The notes below the pieces were generated by a model that did not search any database, was not told the origin of the DNA, and worked only from the letters and a program-made list of their open reading frames with translations. From the NCBI GenBank assembly GCA_963675295.2, contig CAXXKJ010000002.1:1088001-1152000 (forward strand): 64,000 bases of DNA, read 5' to 3'. Position 1 is the stretch's first letter. Each line of letters opens with the position of its first letter. The position numbers and the translations under genes are program-made. Of this stretch, positions 50,644 through 60,267 are shown in pieces. Source of the DNA: a bacterium (GTDB lineage: Bacteria; Electryoneota; Electryoneia; Electryoneales; Electryoneaceae).

Positions 50644-52149
50644 ATGAGGCAACCCTGTGCGTCCGTGACGGTAGCCGGCCTTGGCGGCGATTCGGGCAAA
50701 ACCCTTGTCGCGTTGGGGCTGGCTGCCGGCTGGGCGGAAAAAGGGCTGCGGGTCGCTCCGTTCAAGAAGGGCCCGGACTACATTGACGCGGCCTGGTTGT
50801 CGCTGGCCGCTCAAGCCCCCTGCCGGAACCTGGATACGTTTCTCATGACCGGCGAAGCAATTCGCCGGACGTGGACGTATTGTTGCCAGCGCACGGATAT
50901 AAGCGTCGTCGAAGGCAACCGGGGGCTGTACGACGGGATGGATGCCCGCGGCAGCCACAGCACGGCTGAACTCGCAAAACGGCTGAATTCGCCGGTTCTG
51001 CTGGTTCTCGATGCGACCAAAGTGACCGCGACACTCGCGGCCATTGTTCTCGGTGTCAGACAGTTTGACCCGTCGGTTCCGCTGGCGGGAGTGGTGCTGA
51101 ACAGGATCGGTGGATCCCGTCACGAACGGGTGGCACGGGAAGCGATCGAGACCCACACGGATCTGCGGGTTCTCGGTGCGATCCCACGGGTGAAGGGCGG
51201 GGAGGAATTGCTGCCGGGTCGTCACCTGGGGCTGATCACCGTGGATGAGCACCCGCGGGCGAAAGCTGCAATTGACACCGCCCGCAAGTTGGTGAACGAC
51301 CACGTGGATGTCGGCACCCTGCTGGCGGTCGAACAGACCGGCAGTTCCGCATTGCGCGTCTGTATTCTTCCTCACTCCGACCTTGCTTCCATCCCTGATC
51401 CGCCTGAAGACGAAACACGTCCGCCTGTTGAGGAGCGAGTCGCGCATCCCGCGCCGATTCACATCTTCTCAGGTAGCGCCCATGAGTTGAAGACTCATGG
51501 TCCCGCAAAAATTGCGGTGCTGCGTGATAGCGCGTTCTCCTTCTACTATCCGGAGAACCTGGAAGCGTTGCGCCGGGGCGGAGCGGACATCGTGCAGGTG
51601 GATTCGCTGCACGACAAGGCGTTGCCGGACGATATCCACGCGCTGTACATCGGCGGTGGCTTTCCGGAAACGCACGCGCAGAAGATCGCGAAGAACAAAT
51701 CGCTGCTGGCGTCGATCCGGCAGGCGGCGTCCGATGATCTGCCGATCTACGCCGAGTGCGGCGGGCTGATGCTGCTCTGCGAATCGATTGAATTCGACGG
51801 CAAACGCAGCAAGATGGCGGGTGTATTTCCCATCCAGGCCAATTGGTCGAAGAAACCGGCCGGGCATGGCTACACGATGGGTGAAGTCAGTGAAATCAAT
51901 CCGTTCTATCCCGTCGGCACAACGTTGCGCGGGCATGAATTCCACCACTCGCATCTGCGGGATCTTGGGGGAGATCCTGAGGTGATGACGGTGGTTGCGT
52001 TGCAGAAGGGCAACGGTGTCGGCGGATCGCGGGACGGATTGTCGTACCGGAATGTGCTTGCGTTGTACACGCATGTACACGCCGCGGGTACAGTCGAGTG
52101 GGCGGAGGGGATGCTCCGCGCGGCCTGGCGGTTCCGGGATAGTCGTTAA
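50644..52149 (+). CDS. dsrN: DsrN siroheme amidase (cobyrinate a,c-diamide synthase family)
   Basis: GDSGKT, PFKKGPDYID, VEGNRGLYDG, RHLGL, FYYPEN, YAECGG, GHEFH; position in the dsr cluster. Confidence 0.9.
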   Translation: MRQPCASVTVAGLGGDSGKTLVALGLAAGWAEKGLRVAPFKKGPDYIDAAWLSLAAQAPCRNLDTFLMTGEAIRRTWTYCCQRTDISVVEGNRGLYDGMDARGSHSTAELAKRLNSPVLLVLDATKVTATLAAIVLGVRQFDPSVPLAGVVLNRIGGSRHERVAREAIETHTDLRVLGAIPRVKGGEELLPGRHLGLITVDEHPRAKAAIDTARKLVNDHVDVGTLLAVEQTGSSALRVCILPHSDLASIPDPPEDETRPPVEERVAHPAPIHIFSGSAHELKTHGPAKIAVLRDSAFSFYYPENLEALRRGGADIVQVDSLHDKALPDDIHALYIGGGFPETHAQKIAKNKSLLASIRQAASDDLPIYAECGGLMLLCESIEFDGKRSKMAGVFPIQANWSKKPAGHGYTMGEVSEINPFYPVGTTLRGHEFHHSHLRDLGGDPEVMTVVALQKGNGVGGSRDGLSYRNVLALYTHVHAAGTVEWAEGMLRAAWRFRDSR

Positions 52150-52167
52150 CCCCCAGTTGTGGAGTGC

Positions 52168-52713
52168 ATGATGGCGATCAAGATGCCATCCCAGGAGGAA
52201 GTGCAAAAGGCGCAGGAGCGGCAACGGCTGGAACAGGCTCGTGCCGCGGTCGATAAACTGCAGCAGGATATCGCCGGTGGCGCGGACGACGCGAACATCT
52301 GGTATTCGCTCGGGGTGGCGTTGCTCAACCTGAGTGAATTCGCGGCTGCGCGCGATGCGATGTTGAAGGCTGTTGAGCGGGATAAAAAATTCCTGCACGC
52401 GTGGACCAATCTTGCCGTCGCCCACTACGAACTGGGCGAATATCAGGAAGCGGCGGTGGTCTCGAAACGGGCGATGGAGATCCGGATGGGATTCCTGCCC
52501 GCGCGGATGAACCTGGGTATGGCGTCGTTGAAGCTCGGGCGGTTCAAGGAAGCGGAGACGCAGTTCCAGGCCATCCTCCAGGCCGAACCAGAGATGCCGA
52601 TGGCGTTGGCCGGAATGACGAAGGCGCTGGAAGGGTTGAATCGCAAGGACGAAGCTGCGCACTACAAGCTCCGCGCGATCCAGGCGGGTGTTTGTTTTGT
52701 CGAAGACAAATAA
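52168..52713 (+). CDS. TPR-repeat protein within the dsr cluster
   Basis: WYSLG..L......A, AWTNLA......G.Y.EA, ARMNLG.......F.EA repeats. Confidence 0.75.
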   Translation: MMAIKMPSQEEVQKAQERQRLEQARAAVDKLQQDIAGGADDANIWYSLGVALLNLSEFAAARDAMLKAVERDKKFLHAWTNLAVAHYELGEYQEAAVVSKRAMEIRMGFLPARMNLGMASLKLGRFKEAETQFQAILQAEPEMPMALAGMTKALEGLNRKDEAAHYKLRAIQAGVCFVEDK

Positions 52714-52869
52714 CCGAAGTGCCCGTGTTGCAGAAAATGTAGACGCGGATGCAGGCAAGGTGGCAAATGTGCCCCTGATGGCTTTGCCAGCAGGGTTGTT
52801 GGAAGGTCGGACGATCCCTGCGAACCGCCATACAGACGACGGGTCACAGGGGCATGGCGACAGGAAATG

Positions 52870-52901
52870 GCGGATGATCCCAGACATGAATGTCTGGGGC
52901 A
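52870..52901 (+). repeat. CCCAGACATGAATGTCTGGGG REP-like palindrome
   Basis: One mismatch to 17501-17532. Confidence 0.85.
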
Positions 52902-52945
52902 AGAGTTCAATTCTGTCCATGATGTGTATTTGTGAAGGATAGAAC

Positions 52946-53530
52946 ATGTTGATCGAAATCCTGCGGGAGAAACGCGATAACCTGACCAAGGCGTGGCAGG
53001 ACTCGGTGCGGGACACGTATCCGAAAGGAAATCGGATCAAGTTCACGCAGCGGCCGCAGGAGTTCAACGATCCCATCGGCCATTTGCTCAACCGCGACCT
53101 GCCGGTGCTGGTAGACCTGTTGCTGGCCGGCGACATGGACAAGCCCGAGTTGCAGACGCATCTCGAGCCGCTCTGCCGTTTGCGGTCGGTGCAGGAGTTT
53201 TCCCCGGCCGAGGCGATGGGGTTTGTCTACGCGATGAAGAAGGTGGTGCGGGAGTCGTTGAGTGAGAGCGAGTTGAACGAACCGGGATTGCTGGCGGAAT
53301 TGCTGGCGTTCGAATCCCGGATCGACCGTCTCGCGATGTACGCGTTTGATTTGTATGTCAGCTGCCGGGAAGAGCTGTTCGAGTTACGGGCGAATGAAGC
53401 ACGCCGCCGCAGTGACTTGATCGTGCAGCACTTCGCGGAGCGTGGCAAGGAAGCCTTTACAGAACGGGTGGATCGTCCGGTGGGGGAGCAGCCGGCGGTC
53501 ACGAACGGACATGAAGGAGGCGAAGCATGA
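52946..53530 (+). CDS. dsrT: DsrT (RsbRD-N domain protein)
   Basis: W......TYP...F.DPIG...RLRSVQEFSPAEAMGF...K...RID.LA..AFD.Y..CRE; ATGA overlap with dsrM. Confidence 0.9.
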   Translation: MLIEILREKRDNLTKAWQDSVRDTYPKGNRIKFTQRPQEFNDPIGHLLNRDLPVLVDLLLAGDMDKPELQTHLEPLCRLRSVQEFSPAEAMGFVYAMKKVVRESLSESELNEPGLLAELLAFESRIDRLAMYAFDLYVSCREELFELRANEARRRSDLIVQHFAERGKEAFTERVDRPVGEQPAVTNGHEGGEA

Positions 53531-54549
53531 GACTCGGATTTGCGCTGATCGCAGTCCTGGTACTCATCGCGATCCCGTATTTCGGGGCAGGCATGGGTCT
53601 GGGGATGCTGTTCGGCGTAATAATCCCGTACCTCGCGTTGGCGATCTTCATTCTGGGCTTCGTGGTGAAAGTGATGGGTTGGGCATCGTTGCCGGTGCCG
53701 TTCCGGATCACGACCACGACAGGCCAGGCGAAGTCGTTGCCGTGGGTCAAGCGGGATCCGCTGGAAAGCCCGTACAACGGGTGGGAGACGTTCTGGCGGA
53801 TGTTCACGGAAATCGTCTTCTTCCGCAGTTTGTTCCGCAACACGAAAGCGGAGCTGAAGGAAGGGCGAGTGGTGCAGGGGTCGACCAAGTTCTTGTGGGC
53901 GGCCGGGATTGTGTTCCACTACAGTTTCCTCGTGATCATCCTCCGTCATGTGAATTATTTCGTGACGCCAACCCCCGAATTTGTGACGTGGTTGCAATTC
54001 GTGGACGGGTTCTTCCAGATCGGGCTGCCGATTTTGTACCTGACGGACATTTTCTTCGTCCTCGGAGTCGGCTACCTGTTCCTGCGCCGTGTCGGGATTC
54101 CGCAGATGCGTTACCTGTCGCTCGCCAGTGACTACTTCCCGTTGTTCCTGCTGCTGGCGATCGGGTTGACCGGAATGGGCATGCGTTACCTCTGGAAGGT
54201 GGACATCGTCGGGGTCAAGGAGCTGGCGGTTGGGTTGTTCAGCTTCCACCCGGTGGTTCCGGAAGGGGTCGGCCCGTTGTTCTTCACGCACCTGTTCCTC
54301 GTCAGCTTCCTGATCGCGTACTTCCCGTTCAGCAAGCTGATGCACATGGGCGGTGCATTCCTCACGCCGACGCGCAACATGCCGAACAACACGCGTGCTG
54401 TGCGCCACGTGAACCCGTGGGATTATGACGTCAAGGTTCACACGTACGAGGAATACGAAGACGAGTTCCGTCCGGTGATGAAGGCTGCCGGACTGCCGTT
54501 GGACCGTGACCCGGAAGGGGCCGCAAAGCCGGAGGACGCCAATGGCTGA
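53527..54549 (+). CDS. dsrM: DsrM membrane cytochrome b (NarI-like)
   Basis: PVPFRITTT.GQ.KSL, FFRSLFRNT, FHYS, YFPFSKLMHMGG.F..PTRN. Confidence 0.95.
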   Translation: MRLGFALIAVLVLIAIPYFGAGMGLGMLFGVIIPYLALAIFILGFVVKVMGWASLPVPFRITTTTGQAKSLPWVKRDPLESPYNGWETFWRMFTEIVFFRSLFRNTKAELKEGRVVQGSTKFLWAAGIVFHYSFLVIILRHVNYFVTPTPEFVTWLQFVDGFFQIGLPILYLTDIFFVLGVGYLFLRRVGIPQMRYLSLASDYFPLFLLLAIGLTGMGMRYLWKVDIVGVKELAVGLFSFHPVVPEGVGPLFFTHLFLVSFLIAYFPFSKLMHMGGAFLTPTRNMPNNTRAVRHVNPWDYDVKVHTYEEYEDEFRPVMKAAGLPLDRDPEGAAKPEDANG

Positions 54550-56221
54550 GAAACTGAAACCGGATGCGCTGTTCAACGTCGATTATTCACCTCCGAAAAA
54601 GGGGTGGATGGATACGACCGCCATCGACTTCAACGCGACGAAGGGCAACTGGAACTTCGCCGCGACGCCGGAGTCGATGGAGTATCTCGACATGCCGAAC
54701 GTGCGCAAGTGGCAACCGTACGAGGATGACTGGAAGCTTCCGCCTGACTGGCAGCGGATCCTGTTCGAGGGATTCAAAAAGCGGCTGAAGAAGTTCCGTA
54801 GCCTTAAGGTGTTCATGGACATCTGCGTCCGTTGCGGCGCCTGTGCGGACAAGTGCCACTTCTACATCGGTTCGGGCGATCCGAAGAACATGCCGGTGCT
54901 GCGTGCGGAACTGATGCGCAGCATCTACCGCAACGACTTCACGATGTTCGGCAAGGTGTTCGGCAAGATGGTCGGCGGCCGCAAGATGACGATGGATGTG
55001 CTGAAGGAGTGGTTCTACTACTTCTACCAGTGCACCGAGTGCCGCCGCTGCAGTGTCTTCTGCCCGTACGGCATCGACACGGCCGAGATCACGATGATCG
55101 CGCGCGAGTTGATGTGGGAAATCGGTGTCGGCATCGACTGGATCAACACGCCGGCGGCGAACTGCTTCCGCACCGGCAACCACCTCGGCATCCAGCCGCA
55201 CGGTGTGGTCGACAGCATCGAGTTCGCGGCGGATGAAGTCGAGGAAATCACCGGCATCATGCCGGAGTATTCGTTTAACCGCAAGGGCGCGGAAGTGTTG
55301 TTTATCGCGCCGTCCGCGGACTACTTCGCCAGCCCGCACTACTACACGCTGCTCGGCTACCTGATGCTGTTCCACGAAATCGGGCTCGATTACACGTGGA
55401 GCACGTACGCGTCGGAAGGCGGCAACTTCGGCCTCTTCCACAGCCACGAGATGATGAAGCGGCTGAACGCGAAGATGTACATGGAAGCGGAACGGCTTGG
55501 GGTCAAGTGGATCCTCGGTGGTGAGTGCGGCCACATGTGGCGCGTGATTCACCAGTATATGGCGACGTTGCAGAAGCCGGCCAACTTCCTCGAGGTGCCG
55601 AAGTCGCCGATCACGGGTACGGTGTTCGAGAACGCGAAGTCGACCAAGATGGTCCACATCGCGGAATTTACCGCCGATCTGATTCAGCACAACAAGATCA
55701 AGCTCGACCCGGCGCGGAATGATCACTGGGTGCCGACGTACCACGATTCGTGCAACCCGGCGCGCGGGATGGGTCTGCTCGAGGAACCGCGCCAGGTGAT
55801 TCACGCCTGCTGCAACAACTTCCACGAGATGCCGGAGAATACGATCCGTGAGCAGACTTTCTGCTGTGGGTCCGGCGCCGGCCTCGGCACGGAAGAAAAC
55901 CTCGAGATGCGCATGCGCGGCGGTCTGCCGCGTGGCAGCGCGGTGAAGTATGTCAAGGACAAGTTCGGGGCGAACATACTGCTGTGCATGTGCGCGATTG
56001 ACAAGGCGACGCTGCCGGCGGTGATGGACTTCTGGGCGCCGGGCACGGAGGTTGGCGGTGTGCACGAAATGGTCGGCAACGCGCTGATCATGACGGGCGA
56101 AAAGCACCGTGACACCGACCTGCGCGGCGAGGAATACCCGATTGTCGATTCCCAGGCTCACCTCGCTCCTCCTCCGGAAGAAGAGGAAGCGGTAGCGCAG
56201 GAGGACAAGGCCGATGCGTGA
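54542..56221 (+). CDS. dsrK: DsrK (HdrD-like Fe-S, CCG domain)
   Basis: CVRCGACADKC, CTECRRCSVFCP, GECGH.WR, YHDSCN, TFCCGSG; start ATG 54542. Confidence 0.96.
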   Translation: MAEKLKPDALFNVDYSPPKKGWMDTTAIDFNATKGNWNFAATPESMEYLDMPNVRKWQPYEDDWKLPPDWQRILFEGFKKRLKKFRSLKVFMDICVRCGACADKCHFYIGSGDPKNMPVLRAELMRSIYRNDFTMFGKVFGKMVGGRKMTMDVLKEWFYYFYQCTECRRCSVFCPYGIDTAEITMIARELMWEIGVGIDWINTPAANCFRTGNHLGIQPHGVVDSIEFAADEVEEITGIMPEYSFNRKGAEVLFIAPSADYFASPHYYTLLGYLMLFHEIGLDYTWSTYASEGGNFGLFHSHEMMKRLNAKMYMEAERLGVKWILGGECGHMWRVIHQYMATLQKPANFLEVPKSPITGTVFENAKSTKMVHIAEFTADLIQHNKIKLDPARNDHWVPTYHDSCNPARGMGLLEEPRQVIHACCNNFHEMPENTIREQTFCCGSGAGLGTEENLEMRMRGGLPRGSAVKYVKDKFGANILLCMCAIDKATLPAVMDFWAPGTEVGGVHEMVGNALIMTGEKHRDTDLRGEEYPIVDSQAHLAPPPEEEEAVAQEDKADA

Positions 56222-56621
56222 CATGCCGAAAATCCTGCTCGGGCTGATCATTTTCGTGCTGCTGGCACTGTTCCCGGTGATCTACAATGCGATCACGGCG
56301 GATGCCGGCACGCCGCCTGACCTGGTGATTCAAACAGAAAACATTCCCGGCAAGTCCGAATGTGTCATCCCCGGTGAGGAGATGCGCAGCAAGCATATGG
56401 AAATGCTGATGGAGTGGCGCAACGACGTCGTCCGTCTCGATGATCGCTACTACCATGACGACCACGGCCGCACGTTCGAAAAGAGCTTGACGAACACCTG
56501 TCTCGACTGCCACTCGAATAAGGACACGTTCTGCGACCGTTGCCACACGTACATGGACGTCGATCCCTATTGCTGGGATTGCCACGTGGTCCCGCAGGAT
56601 CTGGAAGGAGGGACACGATGA
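56214..56621 (+). CDS. dsrJ: DsrJ triheme cytochrome c
   Basis: CLDCH, CDRCH, CWDCH, plus the conserved ECV...MR..HM segment. Confidence 0.95.
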   Translation: MRDMPKILLGLIIFVLLALFPVIYNAITADAGTPPDLVIQTENIPGKSECVIPGEEMRSKHMEMLMEWRNDVVRLDDRYYHDDHGRTFEKSLTNTCLDCHSNKDTFCDRCHTYMDVDPYCWDCHVVPQDLEGGTR

Positions 56622-57472
56622 TCATTGACCGCAGAAAATTCGTGCGTGCGGCGGGTCTGGGCGTGTTGGCGACCGCTGCCGCTCCCGCCACGAAGTTGCT
56701 GGCGGAAGAGCATCTCGAGATGCAGCCGTCCGACGGCGACATGCCGCTGAAGCAGCCGAAGCCGTTGACCGCGAAGCGTTGGGCGATGGTTGTGGATACG
56801 CGCAAGGCGACGCCGGAGAACGTGCAGAAGGCGATTCACGCCTGCCATCACGAGCACAACGTGCCCGAGTTCGACAACTCGAAGGATGAGATCAAGTGGA
56901 TCTGGTCGGAACATTTCGACCACGCGTTCCACGAACAGGATCTGCATTACATCCCGGAGCATACCAAGCACACGCCGACGTTGCTGCTGTGCAACCACTG
57001 CGATAACCCGCCGTGTGTGCGGGTCTGTCCGACGGAAGCGACGTGGAAACGTGAAGAGGACGGCCTCGTGATGATGGACTGGCACCGTTGCATCGGCTGC
57101 CGGTACTGCATGGTTGCGTGTCCGTATGGTTCACGTTCCTTCAACTTCCGCAACCCGCGTGAGTTCATCGACGAAATCAACCCGGGCTATCCGACACGGA
57201 TGCGCGGTGTGGTCGAGAAGTGCACGTTCTGCGAGGAACGGCTGGCGCGTGGCAAGATGCCGGCCTGTGTCGAAGCGACGCAGGACTGCGGGATGATCAC
57301 CTTTGGCGACCTTGAAGATCCGAACAGCGACGTCAGCAAACTCGTCCACAAGCACTTCAGCATCCGCCGCAAGCCGGGTCTCGGCACGCAGCCGGAAGTC
57401 TATTACATCGTCCCCGAGGATCCGGAAGAACACGACGAACCCACCATGCACGGTGAGGAGGAGCACTCATGA
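56618..57472 (+). CDS. dsrO: DsrO periplasmic Fe-S protein
   Basis: Tat motif DRRKFV; CNHCDNPPCVRVCP, CIGCRYCMVACPY, EKCTFC; start ATG 56618. Confidence 0.94.
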   Translation: MIIDRRKFVRAAGLGVLATAAAPATKLLAEEHLEMQPSDGDMPLKQPKPLTAKRWAMVVDTRKATPENVQKAIHACHHEHNVPEFDNSKDEIKWIWSEHFDHAFHEQDLHYIPEHTKHTPTLLLCNHCDNPPCVRVCPTEATWKREEDGLVMMDWHRCIGCRYCMVACPYGSRSFNFRNPREFIDEINPGYPTRMRGVVEKCTFCEERLARGKMPACVEATQDCGMITFGDLEDPNSDVSKLVHKHFSIRRKPGLGTQPEVYYIVPEDPEEHDEPTMHGEEEHS

Positions 57473-58626
57473 TTGAGAACGCTCTGAAAGGTGGCAAAGG
57501 CTACTGGACCTGGATTGTCATTCTGCTCGCCATCATCGGTATCGGTGCGTTGGCGTGGGTGCGCCAGTTCACGGTCGGCTTGACGACGACCGGCCTGTCG
57601 CGTGATGTGACCTGGGGTTTCTACATCGCCCAGTTCACGTTCCTCGTCGGTGTCGCGGCGTCCGCGGTGATGGTCGTGCTGCCGTACTACCTTCACAACT
57701 ACAAGGAATTCGGCAAGCTGACGGTGCTCGGCGAATTCCTCGCGGTGGCAGCCTGCATCATGTGCATGTGCTTCATTTTCGTCGACATGGGCATGCCGAT
57801 CCGGATTCCGAACGTGTTCATCTACGCGTCCCCGCACTCGATGATGTTCTGGGACACGGTGGTGCTGTTCGGCTACCTGCTGCTGAACATTCTGATCAGT
57901 CGGGTGACGTTCCAGGCGGAACGCAAGGGGATCAAGTACGGCAAGTGGATCAAGCCGTTCATCATCCTTTCGATTCCGTGGGCAGTCAGCATTCACACGG
58001 TGACGGCGTTCCTGTACAGCGGTCTGGCGGCGCGTCCGTTCTGGCTGACGGCTGTGATGGCACCGCGCTTCCTGGCGACGGCATTCGCGGCGGGTCCGGC
58101 GTTGCTGATCCTGATCATCCTGCTCGTGCGCAAGATGGGAACGTTCGACGCCGGCAAGAAGGCGATTGGCCAGCTGTCGATCATCGTGACGTACGCGATG
58201 GCGGCGAATGTGTTCTTCGTGCTGATGGAGGTCTTCACGGCGGCGTACAGCGACATGCCGGAACATCTCAACCACTTCAAGTTCCTCTACCTCGGCCTGG
58301 ATGGAAACACGACGCTGGTGCCGTGGATGTGGGCGTCGTCGATCCTCGCGGTGATTTCGTTGATCCTGCTGTTCAACCCGAAGACACGCAACAACTTCGC
58401 GTTGCTCGGTTGGGCGTGCGTGATGGTGTTCTTCTCGATCTGGATCGACAAGGGCATGGGCATGGTGGTGACCGGTTTCACGCCGAGTGTGCTTGGTGAC
58501 GTGGTCGCGTATGTGCCGACGCTGAACGAGCTGGCGATTTCGCTGGCAATTTACGCCGGCGGCGCGTTAATCGTGACGCTGCTGTACAAGGTTGCGCTGG
58601 ACACGCGCGCACGCATGGCGGCGTAG
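57469..58626 (+). CDS. dsrP: DsrP (NrfD-family membrane protein)
   Basis: TGLSRDVTWGFYIAQFTFLVGVAASAV, SIPWAVSIHTVTAF, APRFLA, WIDKG. Confidence 0.95.
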   Translation: MIENALKGGKGYWTWIVILLAIIGIGALAWVRQFTVGLTTTGLSRDVTWGFYIAQFTFLVGVAASAVMVVLPYYLHNYKEFGKLTVLGEFLAVAACIMCMCFIFVDMGMPIRIPNVFIYASPHSMMFWDTVVLFGYLLLNILISRVTFQAERKGIKYGKWIKPFIILSIPWAVSIHTVTAFLYSGLAARPFWLTAVMAPRFLATAFAAGPALLILIILLVRKMGTFDAGKKAIGQLSIIVTYAMAANVFFVLMEVFTAAYSDMPEHLNHFKFLYLGLDGNTTLVPWMWASSILAVISLILLFNPKTRNNFALLGWACVMVFFSIWIDKGMGMVVTGFTPSVLGDVVAYVPTLNELAISLAIYAGGALIVTLLYKVALDTRARMAA

Positions 58627-58650
58627 GTCCTACCAAATACGCACAACAAT

Positions 58651-58684
58651 GCGGGGCACTTTCGTCGAAAGTGCCCCGCTTTTC
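58651..58684 (+). terminator. Terminator of the dsr operon
   Basis: gcggggcactttcg-t-cgaaagtgccccgc followed by tttt. Confidence 0.8.
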
Positions 58685-58730
58685 GTTGACTCAATTCGTG
58701 AACCACTACAAGTGTGAAAGCTTGTGAGGG

Positions 58731-58850
58731 TTACTTCACCAGCGTCACCCGTCGGCTGGAAGTGACCCCGTTGTCGTTAACGGCGCGGACGAAGTACATC
58801 CCGGACGCCAGCCCAGTCGCGTTCAGGTTGAACTGGCGCTGGCCCCATTC
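58731..58850 (-). pseudogene. Orphan C-terminal half of a T9SS-like CTD
   Basis: Minus strand encodes EWGQRQFNLNATGLASGMYFVRAVNDNGVTSSRRVTLVK*; no NPFN half or gene body in frame upstream. Confidence 0.7.
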
Positions 58851-58984
58851 TCCCGGAGAAGCGTTCCCCCGGATTTGGAGACGGGGTCGCTTTACCCTCA
58901 AGTTAGCCCGTTCGGAGCTGTATCTTTCCGGTCGGAGTTTGTCTGTTTGAACGGGACACGTTTCACCTCGAAGCCGAGGCTTGG

Positions 58985-60115
58985 ATGAACAGGATTTTGC
59001 GTCAACGTATCTCCCAGGTGTTATCGGGATTGCTGATACTGGTGGTGATGCTCGGCATGGCTGCCTGCGAGTACAGTGGGGACGGAGTGGTCAAGGTTGA
59101 ATTCGGCGACAGCTCGCTCTTCAACCAGGAATCACCGGATGATTCGGTGTTTACCGACACCCTGAGGCTCGCAACGTTTGACACCTTGTGGCAGCGCGTG
59201 TTTGACAACTACGCCTACATCGAAGGCCGGGAAGATGACTGGCAGCTGGCCTACGACGACTATGTTGAACAAGTCCTGACCTCGCTGAATGTGCGCGACT
59301 TCCGCGGCTTGCTGATGAGCATGATGGGCGAACTGCAGGACGAGAATTTCGGTCTTGCCGACTCCACCGGGGACGCGTTCTCTGCGTATGACGGCGAGCG
59401 CGAGGTCAACTGGCGTATCGGCGCATGGGAAACCACGGTCGATGTTATTGACTATGAAAGCGTTGATGGCTGGGGCTGGGCACGGGCCGACACGGTTGGC
59501 TACTTGTACCTCAAGAACCTCACCCCGGAAACGTTCCTCGCTGAGGATTTCGACGCGGTGATGGACAGCCTCGCGGGGATGAAGGCGATTCTCTGCGACA
59601 TACGTTCGTGCGGCACGCCGGTGACCTCGATGACCGAAGATGTTGTCGATATGGCAGGGACCTACCTGCTCGGTGAGACGGTGATCAGTCGTTTCATCAC
59701 CGAGCCGCTGCCGGTTCTGACCAGCTATACGAATGAGGATACTGAGCTCGACACGATTACCGTTGAACCGCGCGGCGACTGGCAGTTTACCGGGCCGGTA
59801 ATCATCCTTATGGGCGAGGGTACACTGAATGAAGGCGAACTGTTTGCTCGGGCAATGAGCGAGCGGGAAAATGTGCACCTGATCGGCGATCCGACCCCAG
59901 GTCAGGTTGGTGTGACCCGGTTCTATCCATTGTCCTCCGTGTCCGACTACGCGATCCCGGTTGTCGGTTTCACGAACTTGCTTGGCGCACAGCTGCAGCA
60001 TCTCAGCCTCGCACCGGAGTTCATCATCGACTGGGCGCCGGACAGTTTCAACAACCGCGATAACGTGCTGCTGGATGCGTTCGTCTGGACGGACGACTTC
60101 CTCAGCGGGGAGTAG
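58985..60115 (+). CDS. S41 peptidase-family lipoprotein, probably catalytically inactive
   Basis: Lipobox MAAC; FDTLW....NY.Y...DW, VGYLY...., ILCDIR, GPVIIL...T.NEGELF, LIGDPT.G. Confidence 0.7.
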   Translation: MNRILRQRISQVLSGLLILVVMLGMAACEYSGDGVVKVEFGDSSLFNQESPDDSVFTDTLRLATFDTLWQRVFDNYAYIEGREDDWQLAYDDYVEQVLTSLNVRDFRGLLMSMMGELQDENFGLADSTGDAFSAYDGEREVNWRIGAWETTVDVIDYESVDGWGWARADTVGYLYLKNLTPETFLAEDFDAVMDSLAGMKAILCDIRSCGTPVTSMTEDVVDMAGTYLLGETVISRFITEPLPVLTSYTNEDTELDTITVEPRGDWQFTGPVIILMGEGTLNEGELFARAMSERENVHLIGDPTPGQVGVTRFYPLSSVSDYAIPVVGFTNLLGAQLQHLSLAPEFIIDWAPDSFNNRDNVLLDAFVWTDDFLSGE

Positions 60116-60143
60116 TACCCGCCGACGGTTTCCAAGAATGTTC

Positions 60144-60170
60144 ACCCCGGTCAGCCTGGCCGGGGTTTTC
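60144..60170 (+). terminator. Terminator
   Basis: accccggtca-gcc-tggccggggt followed by tttc. Confidence 0.55.
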
Positions 60171-60267
60171 TCATGCCCTGACCTCCCGGAGCGGAACGGA
60201 TCAAGCGAGATGTAAGGGTTTGTACCTTCCATCACAACTTGATGTGACCAGCCAGGGGGACTCTGCG

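Noticed and set aside
50644-52149. cobB/cbiA as evidence of cobalamin synthesis
   Set aside because: It sits inside the dsr cluster with no other cob/cbi genes nearby, so dsrN is the better call.
46894-56251. Long minus-strand ORFs 46894-48321, 48434-50239, 51469-53142, 53227-54576 and 54587-56251
   Set aside because: Antisense shadows of well-supported dsr genes.
45725-58626. Oxidative (reverse) Dsr interpretation based on dsrL
   Set aside because: dsrD is present, dsrEFH is absent from the cluster, and DsrL has the YRR motif. Phylogeny is still needed to settle the direction.
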